Positions 62,275 to 64,000 of a stretch of 64,000 nucleotides of DNA are shown piece by piece (the stretch's first letter is position 1; every line of letters begins with the position of its first letter). Source of the DNA: Pelagomonas calceolata (lineage: Eukaryota); NCBI GenBank assembly GCA_918797485.1, contig CAKKNE010000001.1, positions 2,914,001-2,978,000 of the forward strand, written 5' to 3'. The notes under the pieces are model-generated. The model had not been told where the DNA came from. It saw nothing but the letters and a program-made list of their open reading frames with translations, and ran no database searches. A program made the translations under genes and the position numbers.

Positions 62275-62613
62275 CTAGCCGTTGCCGGCGGCGGAGATGC
62301 GCGGGATGTCGTTGTGCTCCGTCATTGTCGACAATTTTTCGTTGAGGTCGTCGACGCGCTCGCGGTGCGACTTCGCCGCGCCGCTCGCGGCGGCCTCCTT
62401 CCGCCGGGCCACGAGGCGCCGCTTGTGTGCGCGCTCGGTCTCCGTCAGGCCGTCGTCCCGCGCGGCGGCCGCGGGCGCGGCGGCCGCGGCGGGCGCCGCG
62501 GGCGCGAGCTCGACGAGCGCGGCCGCGTCGAGGCCGCGCTTCTTGTTTTTCTTCTTCTTGCCGCCCTTGAGCTTCAGGCCGCCGCCGCGGACCACGTTCT
62601 TGTAGGCGTCCAT
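62275..62613 (-). CDS. FAM32A: FAM32A-like protein
   Basis: GGLKLKG, KSHRERVDDLNEKLSTMTEHNDIPRI. Confidence 0.88.
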   Translation of the reverse strand: MDAYKNVVRGGGLKLKGGKKKKNKKRGLDAAALVELAPAAPAAAAAPAAAARDDGLTETERAHKRRLVARRKEAAASGAAKSHRERVDDLNEKLSTMTEHNDIPRISAAGNG

Positions 62614-62964
62614 GTCGCGCGGCGCTTGTGCTTACCCCAAAAGCTCTTTGTAAAGGGCCAGGCGCTCGCGCTCTGAAGGCAATACGACTAGTGTGGGCGA
62701 ATCTGCGGCAGACCGAGCTCAGCTTTCGGCCAAGAATCGCTGGCGGCTATAGCCCAAAAACACTCGGGCGCACCCGATAGCGAGAGACACTCTAGACGAT
62801 TTTAGGCGGACTTTCCTTTCGAGACCAGTCCTCCCTGGAGTCGTCGTCATCGCCGCCCAAGGGTGTCGTCGGGGGTCGCGGGCGCCGGGCAGGGTTCCAA
62901 TTTTGGGCGGGTACCGGGTGGCTGCCGGCGCGCCGCGCACGGGCAGCCCGGCTAGGCAAAAACC

Positions 62965-64000
62965 ATGTCGGGCAGCTACCGCGTGGTGGACCCGCTGAAC
63001 CGCCTGCGCCTGCGCGTCCGCCTGCGCCTCATCCAGGACGTGCGCCTCGCGGCCAGGGACAAACAAACCCAGGACGACCATGACGCGACGGGCCGCGTCT
63101 ACACCTACGAGCTGCGGTGGCAGGAGCGCGTGCCGGGCCCGCGCCACGCGTTGGGGGAACGAAGCCTCGCGCCCACCAAGAAGAAGAAGAAGGGCAAGGA
63201 CGACGGCGACGACGACGCGAAGGAGCAGGTCCTCGAGCACCTCAAAGAAAGGCAGCACCGCGTCTTCGCCTACGCCGCCGCCGAGGGCTACACCCTGACG
63301 GAGGAGCGGAGTTTGGTGCGGGACGCGACGGGCGCCGCGGCGCCGCTCGTGCCGCACGCGCTCGCGGCGTCGCGCGCGCCGCTACAACACGCGCGCAAGG
63401 CGGGCTTCGGCAAGTCGAAGGAAAGAAAGAAGATGACCGTCGCCGACCGGCGGACGGGCGGCGACCCCGGGACGTGCTACTACATCATGCTGGGCGCGGA
63501 CGTCGACGTCGACGCGTTCGAGGGCTGCGCGAAGCCCGAGGATTCTACGGATGCGGCCCGGGGCTTCGAGGGCGTGCTCTGCAAGCTGGAGCACTTCACG
63601 AACGGGCGGCTCGAGGTGACGCCGGCCTTCGCCGGTCCCGATCCGAGATTCGTGGGCATGGTCTTCGACGGCTCGGACGGCGGCGACGATAAAGATGATT
63701 TTTACGTGGGCAACGGCGCTCCATTACTCACGTCGCGCATCGCCACGCCGGCGGGGCGCGTTTTTGAATACGTCGTCGAGAACGCGTCGGCGCCGACCGA
63801 CGAGGAGCTGGTCCAGCTGCTCGAGGAGGAGCTCAAGGAGGAGGTCCAACGGATGGAGGAGCGCAGGGATAGGGACCCCATCATCCCGCCCCTCGTGCCG
63901 CCTCCTCCCCAATGCAGGGGCTTCGGCGTGTCGATGGAGCTCGTGAGTCTCGTAGGCTTCCCGCCGGGCGTGGAATTATACGCGGAGTACGAGGTCCACC
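62965..64000 (+). CDS. MKS1: MKS1-like ciliary transition-zone protein, 5' part
   Basis: Open frame to the window end, absent from the ORF track: YRVVDPLNRLRLRV, LRWQER, RVFAY, YIM, EGVLCKL...NGRLEVTPAF, FEYVVENAS match my recollection of the MKS1 N-terminal region. Confidence 0.75.
   Translation, partial: MSGSYRVVDPLNRLRLRVRLRLIQDVRLAARDKQTQDDHDATGRVYTYELRWQERVPGPRHALGERSLAPTKKKKKGKDDGDDDAKEQVLEHLKERQHRVFAYAAAEGYTLTEERSLVRDATGAAAPLVPHALAASRAPLQHARKAGFGKSKERKKMTVADRRTGGDPGTCYYIMLGADVDVDAFEGCAKPEDSTDAARGFEGVLCKLEHFTNGRLEVTPAFAGPDPRFVGMVFDGSDGGDDKDDFYVGNGAPLLTSRIATPAGRVFEYVVENASAPTDEELVQLLEEELKEEVQRMEERRDRDPIIPPLVPPPPQCRGFGVSMELVSLVGFPPGVELYAEYEVH

Overview
Very GC-rich, gene-dense eukaryotic DNA with about 38 protein-coding loci on both strands and short AT-richer spacers. 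Signal-peptide-type plastid presequences, an algal nitrate reductase and the intron type suggest a photosynthetic stramenopile, most likely a pelagophyte (Aureococcus/Pelagomonas-like); this is inference. Recognisable genes: PP2C, uronate-isomerase-like amidohydrolase, dapF, an alpha/beta hydrolase, ANKZF1/Vms1, nitrate reductase, CAMK-like and BUB1-like kinases, PP2A/PP4 catalytic subunit, a two-pore K+ channel plus two tandem anoctamins, HSF- and CXXC-domain proteins, RNASEH2C, an EF-hand pseudo-calpain, PDCD2L, a sulfatase, CDP-DAG synthase, an MFS transporter, RPC10, a band-7/HIR protein, FAM32A and MKS1 (5' part). The main system is a family of introner elements: non-autonomous DNA transposons with the terminal inverted repeat CTG(T/C)GTGGAAATC...GATTTCCAC(A/G)CAG and an 8-bp target-site duplication. 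They form 5 of the 8 introns I could infer, taking the acceptor AG from the TIR and the GT/GC donor from the duplicated host sequence, in either orientation and at several stages of decay; a sixth solo TIR is also present. Other items: an 8-bp-TSD MITE, two further MITE candidates, a truncated transposase-like ORF, two mutually homologous retroelement-like fragments, and two small intergenic repeat families (TGTAAGACACTAG motif; ~60-70 bp CTAG/hairpin repeat). All family assignments come from motifs read by eye; no searches were run and all splice sites are inferred.
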